The notes beneath the pieces were generated by a model. That model was not told where the DNA came from and ran no database searches. It saw nothing but the letters and a program-made list of their open reading frames with translations. 64,000 nt of DNA from Bdellovibrionota bacterium (lineage in GTDB: Bacteria > Bdellovibrionota_C > UBA2361 > JBGSMV01), in contig JBGSMV010000016.1 in the NCBI GenBank assembly GCA_041739995.1, positions 11,650 through 75,649 on the forward strand, written 5' to 3'. The position numbers were made by a program, and so were the translations under genes. This document shows, piece by piece, positions 39,632-49,964 of this stretch (the first letter of the stretch is position 1; every line of letters starts with the position of its first letter).

Positions 39632-39989
39632 CTTGTAGAGCACCCAAAATAATTTCTTTGCCAGTGGGGGAGACAAAGAGGTCATAGCTCGCTTCCTCGT
39701 TTCCGGCGGTAGCTTCGAGGCGATAGGATACAGAGATGAGTTTACCCGAAAACGAGTAAGGGCTTATTGGGAGACGAAACGAGAAGCTAAGAGAACCGCT
39801 TGAGCCTGGTGCTTTCCACGAAGTTGAATCGATGATTTCTGAGTGAGTCGACCCACGGCCGTGCGTGAAAAAAAGCAAATGTAGCGTTACTTCTTCGGTT
39901 GCCCCGGATTGAGACACAGAGACTCGCCCGGCAATGCGCTCGCCTGGTTTAAAGTTGATAGAACCACCTTCGACTGATATTTCAAGCAT
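39594..39989 (-). CDS. Hypothetical protein (arrestin-like beta sandwich)
   Basis: FSFRLPISPYSFSGKLISVSY pattern; tightly linked within the operon. Confidence 0.7.
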   Translation of the reverse strand: MLEISVEGGSINFKPGERIAGRVSVSQSGATEEVTLHLLFFTHGRGSTHSEIIDSTSWKAPGSSGSLSFSFRLPISPYSFSGKLISVSYRLEATAGNEEASYDLFVSPTGKEIILGALQDDDSEDESISDQ

Positions 39990-39993
39990 CGTT

Positions 39994-41253
39994 TCAACGC
40001 CTCAATGGAAATACAGTAAACGGCATATCTTCCGAAATGTCGGGCCATCTATCTATGCGACCATGACACTTCAGTGCCCACACGATTTCATTATTGGGAA
40101 CTGACAATGAAGGTACCAGATTTTCAGGCACAGAGAATTGGAATCGACCCTGACGCATTTGAACTTCAGTCGCGCTCACCGAGCGAAGCTCTTTGGTATA
40201 AAATGTTTGAGTGTCGGTAACGGTGTCGGTCCCCCGTCGGTAGCGGGCCACCTCTTTGCCTTCAAGTGAAAACACGAGATCTTTAAGTGAAGCGACTGAG
40301 CCGCGTTTGATCTTCCAAGCCACCTGAATCGGTCCGCTGAGTGCTTGAGGGTGCGGAGAAATTTCAATAGAGATGCGGGGATTAAATAGACCAAGGATTG
40401 AATATCCGACAAAAACAAGCAGGCCAATTCCCACTAGGGTGAACGGGACCAAGATTAGTGCGAGCACCCATTCTATCGAGCCGCTGTTCCAGTCTGCTAT
40501 AAATTGAAATAGGAAAAACGAGACGAGGCCATTCCAAAACGCTGCAATTAGGAGAGCGCCGATGAGGCGAAGCATGGGCGAGGACTCGTGCGTCAAAGGG
40601 CCTTCGGTAACCTTGGCAATCCCAAGCATTTTCTCGCCACTATTGGCGGCGACTGAAATCGAAGGAGCGAGATAATCAGTAGTGCTTACTGCAGCTAGAG
40701 AGTTTGATTTTGTACCTCCAGAGAAGCCTGTTTTGAATCCGGCATAGAGCATCCCGAGACCTGCAAGGGGAAAGAGCAAGACCAGGAGGCCGGGAAGGAT
40801 GATGCCATACCCGAGATCTCTATAGATCACAGACTCAGATGGATTATCGGAATTCACATAGCAAGCTACTTTTGCGCCAACGGGGACGGTGTCTAGTCGA
40901 TGTTGCTGCCCTTCTCGGCCGCCGCTGTACATTTCAGAGAAGTCAAATTTGTCACCGGTGTAGGAGCGATCGTTGAAGGTGAATCGGTAACGCACCGCGG
41001 GTCGATAGGTGTCTCCGTCGTCGCCGCTACTGGTCTCTAGAAAGCTTTCGGTAATTTGGCATGAAGCTTCAGACCAAGTCTGAGCGTCCATGGTTCTTAA
41101 GATCGGAGCTATTAAGACAAAGTATGTCCCTACAGATCCGATCGCCAAAAAGAGCAGGCCAGCAAGGAAAAGCACTATCGATGTGGAGCGGCCACGTCTT
41201 GCCGCATCTTTTGTAATGAGCCTAGAAGGAGTGGGGCGGGAGGATGGAACCAT
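39994..41253 (-). CDS. DUF3592 membrane protein with a C-terminal beta domain
   Basis: W...CQITES, YRPAVRYRF, GAKVACYVNSDNPSESV and FWNG motifs. Confidence 0.8.
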   Translation of the reverse strand: MVPSSRPTPSRLITKDAARRGRSTSIVLFLAGLLFLAIGSVGTYFVLIAPILRTMDAQTWSEASCQITESFLETSSGDDGDTYRPAVRYRFTFNDRSYTGDKFDFSEMYSGGREGQQHRLDTVPVGAKVACYVNSDNPSESVIYRDLGYGIILPGLLVLLFPLAGLGMLYAGFKTGFSGGTKSNSLAAVSTTDYLAPSISVAANSGEKMLGIAKVTEGPLTHESSPMLRLIGALLIAAFWNGLVSFFLFQFIADWNSGSIEWVLALILVPFTLVGIGLLVFVGYSILGLFNPRISIEISPHPQALSGPIQVAWKIKRGSVASLKDLVFSLEGKEVARYRRGTDTVTDTQTFYTKELRSVSATEVQMRQGRFQFSVPENLVPSLSVPNNEIVWALKCHGRIDRWPDISEDMPFTVFPLRR

Positions 41254-41413
41254 GATGAGCAGATCTCCGCCCTAAACGTCCGAGGAGTCAAGGACGATTT
41301 CATTTGGGTCTCCAAATTCGATAAAAGCCATCTTCGGTTATACTTGAAGCGATGTGCACTAACCGGGGCGCACTTTCGGAGTGCTGCGCTCATGTCTCTC
41401 TTCGCCTGAGGAC

Positions 41414-41749
41414 CTAATCCATTATATTTCCGTCATTGAAGAAGGTGCTTATAAACGAACGCAGAATGAAGGCCCCGACCGCAATGACAAGGCAACTTAT
41501 TGCCGCTCGATATTGCCCAAAAGCCGCACTAATAATGGCGATTAGTCCGGCAACCACCATTATCAAGGCTCCAAAACTTCCTTCAAGGTAACTTAGAATT
41601 GCATTCGAAGCGGCAGCGAAGCGCTGATCGTTGTACTCAATCTGCAGTCCCAGGTCTTGAGTGAGGCCGGGCGAGACTAGGCCTACGCTCAGAACTGAAA
41701 CCCCAAACGCAAGCAGCGTGATTTGAGCTACGAACTTTATTGAACTCAT
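41414..41749 (-). CDS. VirB2/TrbC-like pilin-type small membrane protein
   Basis: Long signal-like N terminus, then two hydrophobic helices joined by a FGQYR loop. Confidence 0.5.
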   Translation of the reverse strand: MSSIKFVAQITLLAFGVSVLSVGLVSPGLTQDLGLQIEYNDQRFAAASNAILSYLEGSFGALIMVVAGLIAIISAAFGQYRAAISCLVIAVGAFILRSFISTFFNDGNIMD

Positions 41750-41789
41750 AACGCCATCTTGAGTCCCACCACTCGTCTCGAAAAACGCT

Positions 41790-42866
41790 CTACATCAATC
41801 CGCGGGGGACCCCGCGAGCGATCAGCTTTTCCATTGCAGGAAGCATGAGCTCCTGCAGAGCTTCCGCCGCTGCACCCGCACCGCCGTGGAATTTTAAGCG
41901 ATGCAGGAGCACAAACGGAGCAATGAATTTCAAATCGTCTTCTGTTGCGTAGTTACGTCCATTCACTATGGCCCACGATTTTAGCGCCGACTGCACCATC
42001 AGAGCCGCTCTGGTTGAGGCCCCAAACTGAATCAGAGGATTGCCACGAGTGGCGTGAACAATCTCAATAATCGCTTCTCGTAAATGTTTGTGTACTTGCA
42101 CTGAGTCCACGGCCAGACGAGCAGAAATAATATCGCTGCGAGAACAGACCGCATCGATCGTTTCAGCCGTTTCCATCAAGGACGCATGTGACTCAAGAAT
42201 GCGAAGCTCGGTTGCTTGGTCCACATACGACATGGGGATTTTTAGAATAAATCTGTCGAGCTGCACGATTGGGAGCGGATACGTTCCTGCGATGTCCAAT
42301 GGATTTTGAGTTCCCACTACAAAGAACAGATCGTCCAGGGGGTGGGTGACGTTGTCGAGGGTGACTTGTTTCTCGGCCATACACTCGAGAAACGCTGCTT
42401 GTACTTTCGGGCCGGTGCGGTTGATCTCGTCTGCCAGAACTATGTGGGCAAATACCGGTCCATGCATGAAGTGAAACTGCCCGCTTTTTGGATCAAAGAC
42501 GTTCACTCCGAGCACATCACCAGGGAGCAAGTCGGGAGTGAATTGGATGCGGCGAAAAGGCAAAATATGATCGGCCACGAGGCCGTGGGCCGATGCACCC
42601 TTATCGGAGGATATGAGGCGCCCAAGCGTTTTGGTGAGGGTCGTCTTTCCTGAACCAGGATAGTCTTCAAGCAGCACGTGCCCATCTGCAAGCAGAGCGG
42701 TCACGAGTAGTCGAATGGTGTCCTCTCGGCCTTGAATAACGCGACCAAGCCCGTCTCTCAAGCGACGGGCTACGTCTATGGCCTGCGCATAGTCCGCTGC
42801 CTGCGGCGCAGAGCTTGTGCCGTTGGCGTCTACGCCTGTTGAAGTCGGTGTTGAGGAGTAGTTCAT
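41790..42866 (-). CDS. moxR: MoxR family AAA+ ATPase
   Basis: GHVLLEDYPGSGKT, RIQFTPDLLPGD, LADEINR, TQNP and GTYPLP..QLDRF motifs. Confidence 0.95.
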   Translation of the reverse strand: MNYSSTPTSTGVDANGTSSAPQAADYAQAIDVARRLRDGLGRVIQGREDTIRLLVTALLADGHVLLEDYPGSGKTTLTKTLGRLISSDKGASAHGLVADHILPFRRIQFTPDLLPGDVLGVNVFDPKSGQFHFMHGPVFAHIVLADEINRTGPKVQAAFLECMAEKQVTLDNVTHPLDDLFFVVGTQNPLDIAGTYPLPIVQLDRFILKIPMSYVDQATELRILESHASLMETAETIDAVCSRSDIISARLAVDSVQVHKHLREAIIEIVHATRGNPLIQFGASTRAALMVQSALKSWAIVNGRNYATEDDLKFIAPFVLLHRLKFHGGAGAAAEALQELMLPAMEKLIARGVPRGLM

Positions 42867-42870
42867 GTGA

Positions 42871-44823
42871 TTACTCTAGTGTTAGTTGAAATACCTTGTT
42901 CGACAGATCTACGAGCGCGGCTTCCATGCTTGAGCCGGTCCCAGTTGCGCCACCAAAGCCGGTAGACGATTTGCTCTCACTAGACCGGCCAGCCACGGGA
43001 ATTAGTGAAAGCTCATGCTTCTCACCCTTCTCAGAGTGCTGAATCACATATTGAACCGCTTTGGCCTCATGAGGCAAGAACGGGCTTCGCTCGAGGATTC
43101 CAAGAACCTCGTCAGAGAGGCCAGCGGCGCGCACGGGGAGCTGTAATCCATGGTTTCGTAGTGCGGGGCGCGAAAGGGAAAAGACTGAGTTCGCAAGCTT
43201 TACGTATTCTGTGGAGCTAGAATCCAGAAGGGTGAGCTTAACCACCATGGCTCTTAATGCCAGCGCATCATCGAACTGCGGTCGGGCCGTTTTGAGCGTG
43301 TGATTGAGCAGGCTTAAGGCTTCTGCTTCATTTCCGTTGAACGCTGCCTTTTCTGCGCGATAAAGCCGATAAAAATTCCGAGCCACTGGGCGGGCATCGC
43401 GAGATTCCTCTGCCTGAATACGAGCCTCAAGCGCACTGCTGGGGAGGCGCGCCAGCACCTCACCGAACGTTGGATACTCGAGCATGCTATCGGTATTTCG
43501 AATGAAGAGATCTTCGATGTTGCGCAGGTCTTCTATGAGAACTTGTCGGGCGCGACGCATCAACCACCAAGCTTCTACCGAATTCTCAAAGGATTCCGTC
43601 GCGAAGCGAACTCGATCCCAGGTGTGCTCAATCGGAGCCACGGACAGCATATCACTGCGTCTTAGTAGGGCTTGTGCGAGTGAAACGCTTGCAGCAGCCC
43701 TTAGGTCGTCTTGACTGGTTCCGATTTTTCCAAACCACTGACGCTTTGCAAGCACTTCGCGGAAGTGACCAATTGCTTCGGGCACGTGTCCTGACAATAG
43801 CGCGATGCGCCCGCGCACTAAGTGCACCAAGGCGCGGTGCTCTTCACCGTTGCGCAGCGGGAACTGAGCGACGCAGCCCTCGAAGCTATCAATGGTGCGC
43901 TTTGCGGTGCTGTAGTTCAGCTCATCAAGATAAAGTTTCGCTAGGTTGAGACTCGGCAGTACATGTTCACAGCCGTCGGGGAGCGACAGCGCTCGTGAGT
44001 AGGAGTTCTGAGAGAGGGCCTCGTTAAAAATTTCCTCATAGACTTCGCCTACATTGTTTAGAGGCGTCGCCGGTTGGCCAAGTTTTCCGAGGGAAAACTC
44101 GTACGAGATTGCTTGGCGAAACACTTCAATTGATCCAGAGCGATCTCCAGTCATCGAAAGCAGAATGCCAAGCATGTTAAGGGTTCGACCCATTTCTGCG
44201 CCGCTGAACACGCCGCGTCGAGCTTCGCGCACTGCTTCATCGAGTCGCCCAAGCTTCATTAAGATCCAGGCGCGACTTCCCGGATACCACTCGGCAAAAT
44301 ATCCATAGCCGGTAAATTCATCGAGCGTGTCGAGCGCGCCTGCATAGTCATCAAGGCTCAAACGTGCCTGGGAAAGGAGATACAGTATGCGCTGGTGCTG
44401 CTGCCGGGTTGTTTCGATAAAGTACGGCGGTGGACCCTGCTTTTCATAAAATAAATTCTGCCCCTGCTTTATGTAGCGCAGCGCAAGGTTGAAGTGCCCT
44501 ACATGCACCATGTAGTAGCCAGCAAGCAGCAGGTGTGCTCTGTATTCTTTGGGATCTTTCTGCAGAATTTTAAGCAGCTTCGTTCGTGCATCCAAAGGTC
44601 TGTCATCATCAAGCAAGAGAGTGCTCTCAAACAGCAGCTCTTCGACGGATTTTTGTTCGTCATCGCCAAAATCAAGCGGCTTTTCGAAGATGCTAAACGG
44701 ATCGAGGGGATCTACCGGGTCTCCCACGTCGGCGGAGGCGAGTGAGCAGAAGATTACTAACGCTGAGGCCAGACAGAACAGAGTCTTCGGGAGCGCTGTG
44801 CATAATGTAGGAAGTCTCCTCAC
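42871..44823 (-). CDS. Exported tetratricopeptide repeat protein
   Basis: Signal peptide and TPR-like helices (TLNMLG, LNNVG); the GTG start overlaps the upstream TGA. Confidence 0.75.
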   Translation of the reverse strand: MRRLPTLCTALPKTLFCLASALVIFCSLASADVGDPVDPLDPFSIFEKPLDFGDDEQKSVEELLFESTLLLDDDRPLDARTKLLKILQKDPKEYRAHLLLAGYYMVHVGHFNLALRYIKQGQNLFYEKQGPPPYFIETTRQQHQRILYLLSQARLSLDDYAGALDTLDEFTGYGYFAEWYPGSRAWILMKLGRLDEAVREARRGVFSGAEMGRTLNMLGILLSMTGDRSGSIEVFRQAISYEFSLGKLGQPATPLNNVGEVYEEIFNEALSQNSYSRALSLPDGCEHVLPSLNLAKLYLDELNYSTAKRTIDSFEGCVAQFPLRNGEEHRALVHLVRGRIALLSGHVPEAIGHFREVLAKRQWFGKIGTSQDDLRAAASVSLAQALLRRSDMLSVAPIEHTWDRVRFATESFENSVEAWWLMRRARQVLIEDLRNIEDLFIRNTDSMLEYPTFGEVLARLPSSALEARIQAEESRDARPVARNFYRLYRAEKAAFNGNEAEALSLLNHTLKTARPQFDDALALRAMVVKLTLLDSSSTEYVKLANSVFSLSRPALRNHGLQLPVRAAGLSDEVLGILERSPFLPHEAKAVQYVIQHSEKGEKHELSLIPVAGRSSESKSSTGFGGATGTGSSMEAALVDLSNKVFQLTLE

Positions 44824-47066
44824 CAGACCCTCCTTGTAAGCACCGCGAACGCAGACGAGGGATTCAGGTAACCGAGAAATCGTTTCCACTTCGGTAGTGG
44901 TAATGTGGCCACAGAGACTTTTGCTGCTTTAGAGAGCTGACTGAGCACTGAGGGGAGCACGGAGGGATCATAGACTGAGCGCACAAGCATGTCTGTTTCC
45001 GGTAGCGGATCAGAGCCAATTTCTTTAGCTAGGCGTGCGCGGAACTCGTGACGAGTTTCTCCCCCGGAACGTCGAAACCCAAGATCATATAGTAGCGCTT
45101 GGGTCGATCGGTGGCGCAGTTGCAGGCTTCGTAGTGGGTCCCTCGCGAGACGCCAGCCTGAAAGCAGAAGAACTTTTACCAAAGCTAAAAACACCAAGAG
45201 TCCGGCGATGGCGCCTGCTGGGTACTTCCAGTCAGGGGGGGAGAAAAACGGCTCTTCCTGAATTCCTGCTTCGTCAGCAGCAACATCTTTAGGAAGAATC
45301 TCTTCAGTTGGCCCGACCATTCCCATCAGCTCTTCAAGCGTCTTCATATCGACTGGGGATTCACCGTGGTTTTCTACCTGTTGTGGCTGCGGGTCGAACG
45401 GGATCCAGCCTCGACCTGCGATGTAAACCTCCGACCAGGCATGACGGTCATTCATGCGCAGTAGAATGTGGCCATCTCGCGCTTGGCTAAGGTCGGTAAG
45501 ATATCCGGTTCCTATGCGAGCAGGAATGCCGAGTGCTCGGTAGAGGTAGACCATGGCGTGTGCAAAGTGCACGCAGTAACCCCGCATGTCTCCAAAGAGA
45601 AATGCGGCGACAGGATCCTCGTCGGGTGCCATCTCGTGACCGGGAGTCAAAGTGTAAATGGCGTGCTCTGAAAACCATTGATTGACCAAAAACAAACGCG
45701 CAATAGGGTCTGTCGTGTCGCCCACTATTTTTCTTGCAAGTTCCTCGTAACGCTTGTCGGGATGAGGGGTAAGATAGTGAGCCTTGGTCTCCTGATCCCA
45801 ATCAGGATCGCCGACTTCACCACCAGCAAGTTCTTGCAGAGCGAAGCCTGGAGCTACCGAATATGCTTTATAAGCAGAGTTGAATCTTCCTGGATTGGGG
45901 TTTTTGAGTTGTCGTATTTCCAGAGGAAAATCTATGGCGAAAGCTGTTTTATGCTCGGCCAGGAGAAATACGGACTGTACCAGTGGTGTTCGACTAAGTA
46001 ATCGCGTGTCTGGTTCCGTAGAGTAGGACTCATCAGGACGAGATCGATTTACGTCGGTATCGTACCGAGCCGGTGCGATCACCATCTCGTTTCCACTAAA
46101 TCCGCTCAGTGCAGATTCTCTGAAATAGAGCATCGGGGAAAATGGATTCTGTGCGTAGTCGCCTTCGAGCCGCACCAGAGCTGACGGTTGAGAGTTTTTG
46201 CCGAGAGAAGAGTGAAACCCTAATGGTGAGAGCTCCTCTTTGTCTTCTTGACCCACACCCATCATGGTGACTGAGCCACCTGCAATTTTTGAAAATGCTG
46301 CGAAGGTGGCGTACCCGATACCGTAGAGCAGCGAGGCTAGTACCACCGTCACCGTTGCTCCTCGTAGTGACCACCCAGAAGTGTGATGAACGTTGAAATT
46401 TTTAAAACTACCGTCGTTGAGTCTTGTTGCTTCAGGGCGACCCGGGGGAGAGGAGAGTAATAGAAAACCAAACAGAGCGGCGACGACCGCTACTCCTACC
46501 GCGACAAGCATGGCTATCGGTGACCAGCCAAGTGACCAGGCCAGGGCGTGTACCGCCGAAGGTTGATCAAGCTTTAGACCGCGGTGACCTGAAAGCAAAT
46601 GAATGGTGGCCCAGACTAGTGCGAGTACCTCGAGTGTGAGCGCATGTTTCGTTCGCCAAAACAGCCAGGTGGTGGCGGCAGCAAGTAGCGCACCGATGCA
46701 GACGATATCAAGGTGAAGCTCGAATGCAGAAAGTGCAAGGGAGCCGTTGAGAAAACTAGGAGGAACGAATCCTATTCCCCACCAGAACCCTGAATAGGCC
46801 AGGTAGGTGCCTCCCAACAACGTGGCGAAGCCAAGCGAAGTGAGGCGACTAAACGCCAAAGTTGAGGCTACGAGCACTCCGACGCAAGTACCCGCCGACA
46901 CCACCAGGGGAGAAGTGCCGATTTCAAAAATACGGTTTAGAAAGTGAACTAGTATTCCAATGAACAGACAGCGAAGTAGTGCGACAAGCACGAGTCGTCG
47001 TCGTTCGCCCTTACCGAGGGAACCAAAATCAATAAAATGTGCGAGAAATGAAAAACCTTTGCCCAT
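44820..47066 (-). CDS. Membrane transglutaminase-like (TgpA-type) protein
   Basis: N-terminal TMs and an intact Cys-His-Asp triad: GYCVHFA, HAWSEVY, WIPFDP. Confidence 0.88.
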   Translation of the reverse strand: MGKGFSFLAHFIDFGSLGKGERRRLVLVALLRCLFIGILVHFLNRIFEIGTSPLVVSAGTCVGVLVASTLAFSRLTSLGFATLLGGTYLAYSGFWWGIGFVPPSFLNGSLALSAFELHLDIVCIGALLAAATTWLFWRTKHALTLEVLALVWATIHLLSGHRGLKLDQPSAVHALAWSLGWSPIAMLVAVGVAVVAALFGFLLLSSPPGRPEATRLNDGSFKNFNVHHTSGWSLRGATVTVVLASLLYGIGYATFAAFSKIAGGSVTMMGVGQEDKEELSPLGFHSSLGKNSQPSALVRLEGDYAQNPFSPMLYFRESALSGFSGNEMVIAPARYDTDVNRSRPDESYSTEPDTRLLSRTPLVQSVFLLAEHKTAFAIDFPLEIRQLKNPNPGRFNSAYKAYSVAPGFALQELAGGEVGDPDWDQETKAHYLTPHPDKRYEELARKIVGDTTDPIARLFLVNQWFSEHAIYTLTPGHEMAPDEDPVAAFLFGDMRGYCVHFAHAMVYLYRALGIPARIGTGYLTDLSQARDGHILLRMNDRHAWSEVYIAGRGWIPFDPQPQQVENHGESPVDMKTLEELMGMVGPTEEILPKDVAADEAGIQEEPFFSPPDWKYPAGAIAGLLVFLALVKVLLLSGWRLARDPLRSLQLRHRSTQALLYDLGFRRSGGETRHEFRARLAKEIGSDPLPETDMLVRSVYDPSVLPSVLSQLSKAAKVSVATLPLPKWKRFLGYLNPSSAFAVLTRRVW

Positions 47067-47071
47067 GATTC

Positions 47072-48445
47072 TTAAAGGATAACCTCCCAACCGCGTTGTG
47101 CACAAAGCCCCAGAAACTTCTTGTAGGCAGCTGGGTCGGCTCCTTGAGAAGCCTCGGTTTTGTGAATAAAGAGAGAGCTCAGACGTGGCGTTGCACCGGA
47201 TCGAGAGTGAAATATTCCGGAGCCTTTGGAAATGACTAGCACTGGCTGGGTCCCATCCTTTGACAGGGAATCCAGGGCTGCAACTATGTGCTGACTAAGT
47301 TCGGGAGCACCCGCCCTTCTCTCAGAGAGAAATACCACCACCTTATCGATTCGCGAGTCTTGGACTGAAGACCGAATAGTAGAGAGGAGGGTGGCAAGTT
47401 CGATTTGAAGAGAGTTTGAGGACGAGGGATATTCTGCGCTATGTGCATCAGTCGACGCATCCCAAACGCTCTCAACTAGAAGTCGCAGAAAGTTCTGCGA
47501 GGACCGAGTGATACTTCTCTCGCGGCGTCCTTCGCATCCACACCAAAGCTCCAAGTCCAGTTCTTCAATCATACGAGAGAAATGCACCGCTTCGGCACAC
47601 ACCGCATCCTCGTGCTTGTTCGCTATTACAAAACAAACGACCTGTCCTTCGGGGGACACGGCGCGTTCGGGATGGCGAGAGATAAGTTCGCCGCGTTTTG
47701 CAAAAACTTTCCAGAGCACGCGCTTCATGCCGTCGGAGGGATGGTACTGTTTGAGATCGAAGAGATCTCCTTGACGCTCAAGTAAGTCACTGACGGCATC
47801 TCCAGACCGAACCGCAGAGGTCATCACTGGAAGGTTTCTCTCGGGGTGCTGAGCTGGCAGGACATCAACTCGGGCGGTGCGGGCTGACTCATGGTCACGC
47901 CAAGCGATGCTGCTTAGTCCTGCAAGGTCACCGGTTCTAAATTGGTAGTGTTGTACTTGCCAGATACCGCGATGAGGAAAGCGAATGTCTTCCACCAGAA
48001 TACGATCATCAGAGGTGCTTCCTACTAAAGTGTGCTGGGCACATGGCAGGGCAGAATTGAAGGAAAGTTCTGTCTCGACTGTAGTAAATGGGAAAACGTT
48101 GAATGGACTAAGACGCACTACCACTCGAGTCAGAAGCCCTGCGGTGGGAGTGGCAGCTTCCGGGGAGAAGGAGTCGGCGTTAAAGCGCACTTGAAGGTTT
48201 CTTTGAATTGAGCGGGCCTGAATGAGCGTGGCACTTGCGAATCCTAGCACTAGAGCGATTAGGCTGTAGCCGATCACCGAAGCGACCATATCGTTGTCGT
48301 TTCGTGCAGGAATGAGAACCAAGAAAAGTCCCAACGATAGGAACAGCAGCCCCCTGGTGGTGAACGGCAGGGCATGAAGAACGCGTGCCCCGGTTGCGGG
48401 AAGCCAGCGTGCTTCGTTTGGGACAGTCTGTGTCGTAGAATTCAT
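47072..48445 (-). CDS. DUF58 domain protein
   Basis: FPHRG, GDLAGL and LKQYHPSDGMKRVLWK motifs; N-terminal TMs; MoxR-associated. Confidence 0.8.
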   Translation of the reverse strand: MNSTTQTVPNEARWLPATGARVLHALPFTTRGLLFLSLGLFLVLIPARNDNDMVASVIGYSLIALVLGFASATLIQARSIQRNLQVRFNADSFSPEAATPTAGLLTRVVVRLSPFNVFPFTTVETELSFNSALPCAQHTLVGSTSDDRILVEDIRFPHRGIWQVQHYQFRTGDLAGLSSIAWRDHESARTARVDVLPAQHPERNLPVMTSAVRSGDAVSDLLERQGDLFDLKQYHPSDGMKRVLWKVFAKRGELISRHPERAVSPEGQVVCFVIANKHEDAVCAEAVHFSRMIEELDLELWCGCEGRRERSITRSSQNFLRLLVESVWDASTDAHSAEYPSSSNSLQIELATLLSTIRSSVQDSRIDKVVVFLSERRAGAPELSQHIVAALDSLSKDGTQPVLVISKGSGIFHSRSGATPRLSSLFIHKTEASQGADPAAYKKFLGLCAQRGWEVIL

Positions 48446-48737
48446 CTAAATCCGTATGCTCCTAAAAGGAGCAGTAAGTTAGTTCGATTCTAGAGTATCG
48501 AAGCGCTTCAACTTCGGCGCAAATCGAAATTGTGAGTCGCCTTAGTGATCGTGCTTCTCGTGTAGCATGATCTCAGGAAAGCCCCTGGAGGCCAAGCAGG
48601 GGCCACCAGGGGACTTTCTAGGGGCGACAGCTATTTCAAGTCGCATCGTCACGCGGTTTTTGAGGGGATTTTCCTATGATACGGGACCTGCTCATCGTTC
48701 CATAACTGTCTGAGAGAGCTACACAATTAGTAATTTT

Positions 48738-49946
48738 ATGAGACCAGGACAAGGTAAAGAAGGGTGCGGATCTTCCCGCAAAACTCGCCCCCAAGATGCT
48801 TCGCAACCTGGGTTGTTTGAGGCACTCGCGACCCCGAAATCTTCAGATGAAACGGCTGCGCACACTTCTTTGCCTAAAGTGACTGAGGTGACGAAGGCGC
48901 CGCCAGCGGCCTCAAATGAACTGCGAAAGGCGAAAGTTCTAGAACTTGTCGATCCTGAGCAGTTGGCTACGGTACTACGCGGAGGACAGTTTCTGTCCAC
49001 ACTGCCACTCAGATTCAGTCCTGAGTACGAAACTGATCTTCTTGAACGACTGGCCCGTGTTGAAGCCGCCGCCAAAGTGCGGCCTGTCATTCCCGGCTAC
49101 GGGCCGACCGGCATTTCGCAATCACACGATAATGAACTGAAAATGCATGAAGCTTTGAAGCTGCTCGCAGAGCGAGTGGGGCCAGTAGCTTTGCTCGATA
49201 GGATATTGATCGAGCGGGTAAATACATACGAAAAGCGCGGTGGCGTGGACAACCGCTATCTGGCGCGCATGTTTCGTGACGAAGGTTTGGATCGGGGGCG
49301 CAAGCTTGGGCCGTTTGTGCAAGCTGTATATATCCCCAAAGGGAGCTCGTTGACCCCGGGCTCCATCGACCGCAAGCGACACCCCTTTCTTCTTGCTCAA
49401 GGCCAGCTGGTTGCCCCAGAGCATCCCAAGGAAACGGCGCTTCGAGCACTGGTCGAGAATGCGAGCGCCCTTAAGAACGGCGGTCGTGTGTTAGTTATTT
49501 GTGAAAATGGCGCGACCAATAAGTATCTCGCGGAGAAGTCGCTGACGTGGGAGCGAGTGAGCACGGGGCTGAGAGCCCTAACAAAGGAGTCTCAGCGAGC
49601 GTCTATTGCCCGCGCGGAAGGAGCCTACATGCAAGCAGATCGATCAATCGAAGTGCTTGTATTGCGGCCGGAACAACTCAAAGGCCTGCATTCCCAGGGC
49701 GTGAGCGCGCTACATGCTGCCATGGTTGTGGTGCATAGCCTCGGAGTTAATCCGAAGACCGAAGATTTGAAACTGCCCGGCTGCTCAGAGCTTCCGATGT
49801 TGTACACCAAGCAGGTAGTCCAGCTTTCAACCACTGAGCATACGAAGAACCTCAAGAAACCAGGCTACGATCCGCTCAATTTAAAACATGTGATTGACGA
49901 CGCCGGCTCAGAAGCGCCTGAAAAACCCCGCTATTGGGACAGGTAA
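48738..49946 (+). CDS. Hypothetical protein (possible degenerate helicase-like fold)
   Basis: 402-aa ORF with no intact catalytic motif. Confidence 0.6.
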   Translation: MRPGQGKEGCGSSRKTRPQDASQPGLFEALATPKSSDETAAHTSLPKVTEVTKAPPAASNELRKAKVLELVDPEQLATVLRGGQFLSTLPLRFSPEYETDLLERLARVEAAAKVRPVIPGYGPTGISQSHDNELKMHEALKLLAERVGPVALLDRILIERVNTYEKRGGVDNRYLARMFRDEGLDRGRKLGPFVQAVYIPKGSSLTPGSIDRKRHPFLLAQGQLVAPEHPKETALRALVENASALKNGGRVLVICENGATNKYLAEKSLTWERVSTGLRALTKESQRASIARAEGAYMQADRSIEVLVLRPEQLKGLHSQGVSALHAAMVVVHSLGVNPKTEDLKLPGCSELPMLYTKQVVQLSTTEHTKNLKKPGYDPLNLKHVIDDAGSEAPEKPRYWDR

Positions 49947-49964
49947 AGCCCCAAGAGCCACGCC

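Noticed and set aside
48575..48620. GC-rich hairpin between the divergent DUF58 and orphan genes
   Set aside because: Single copy, no U-tract and no riboswitch core; no function can be supported.
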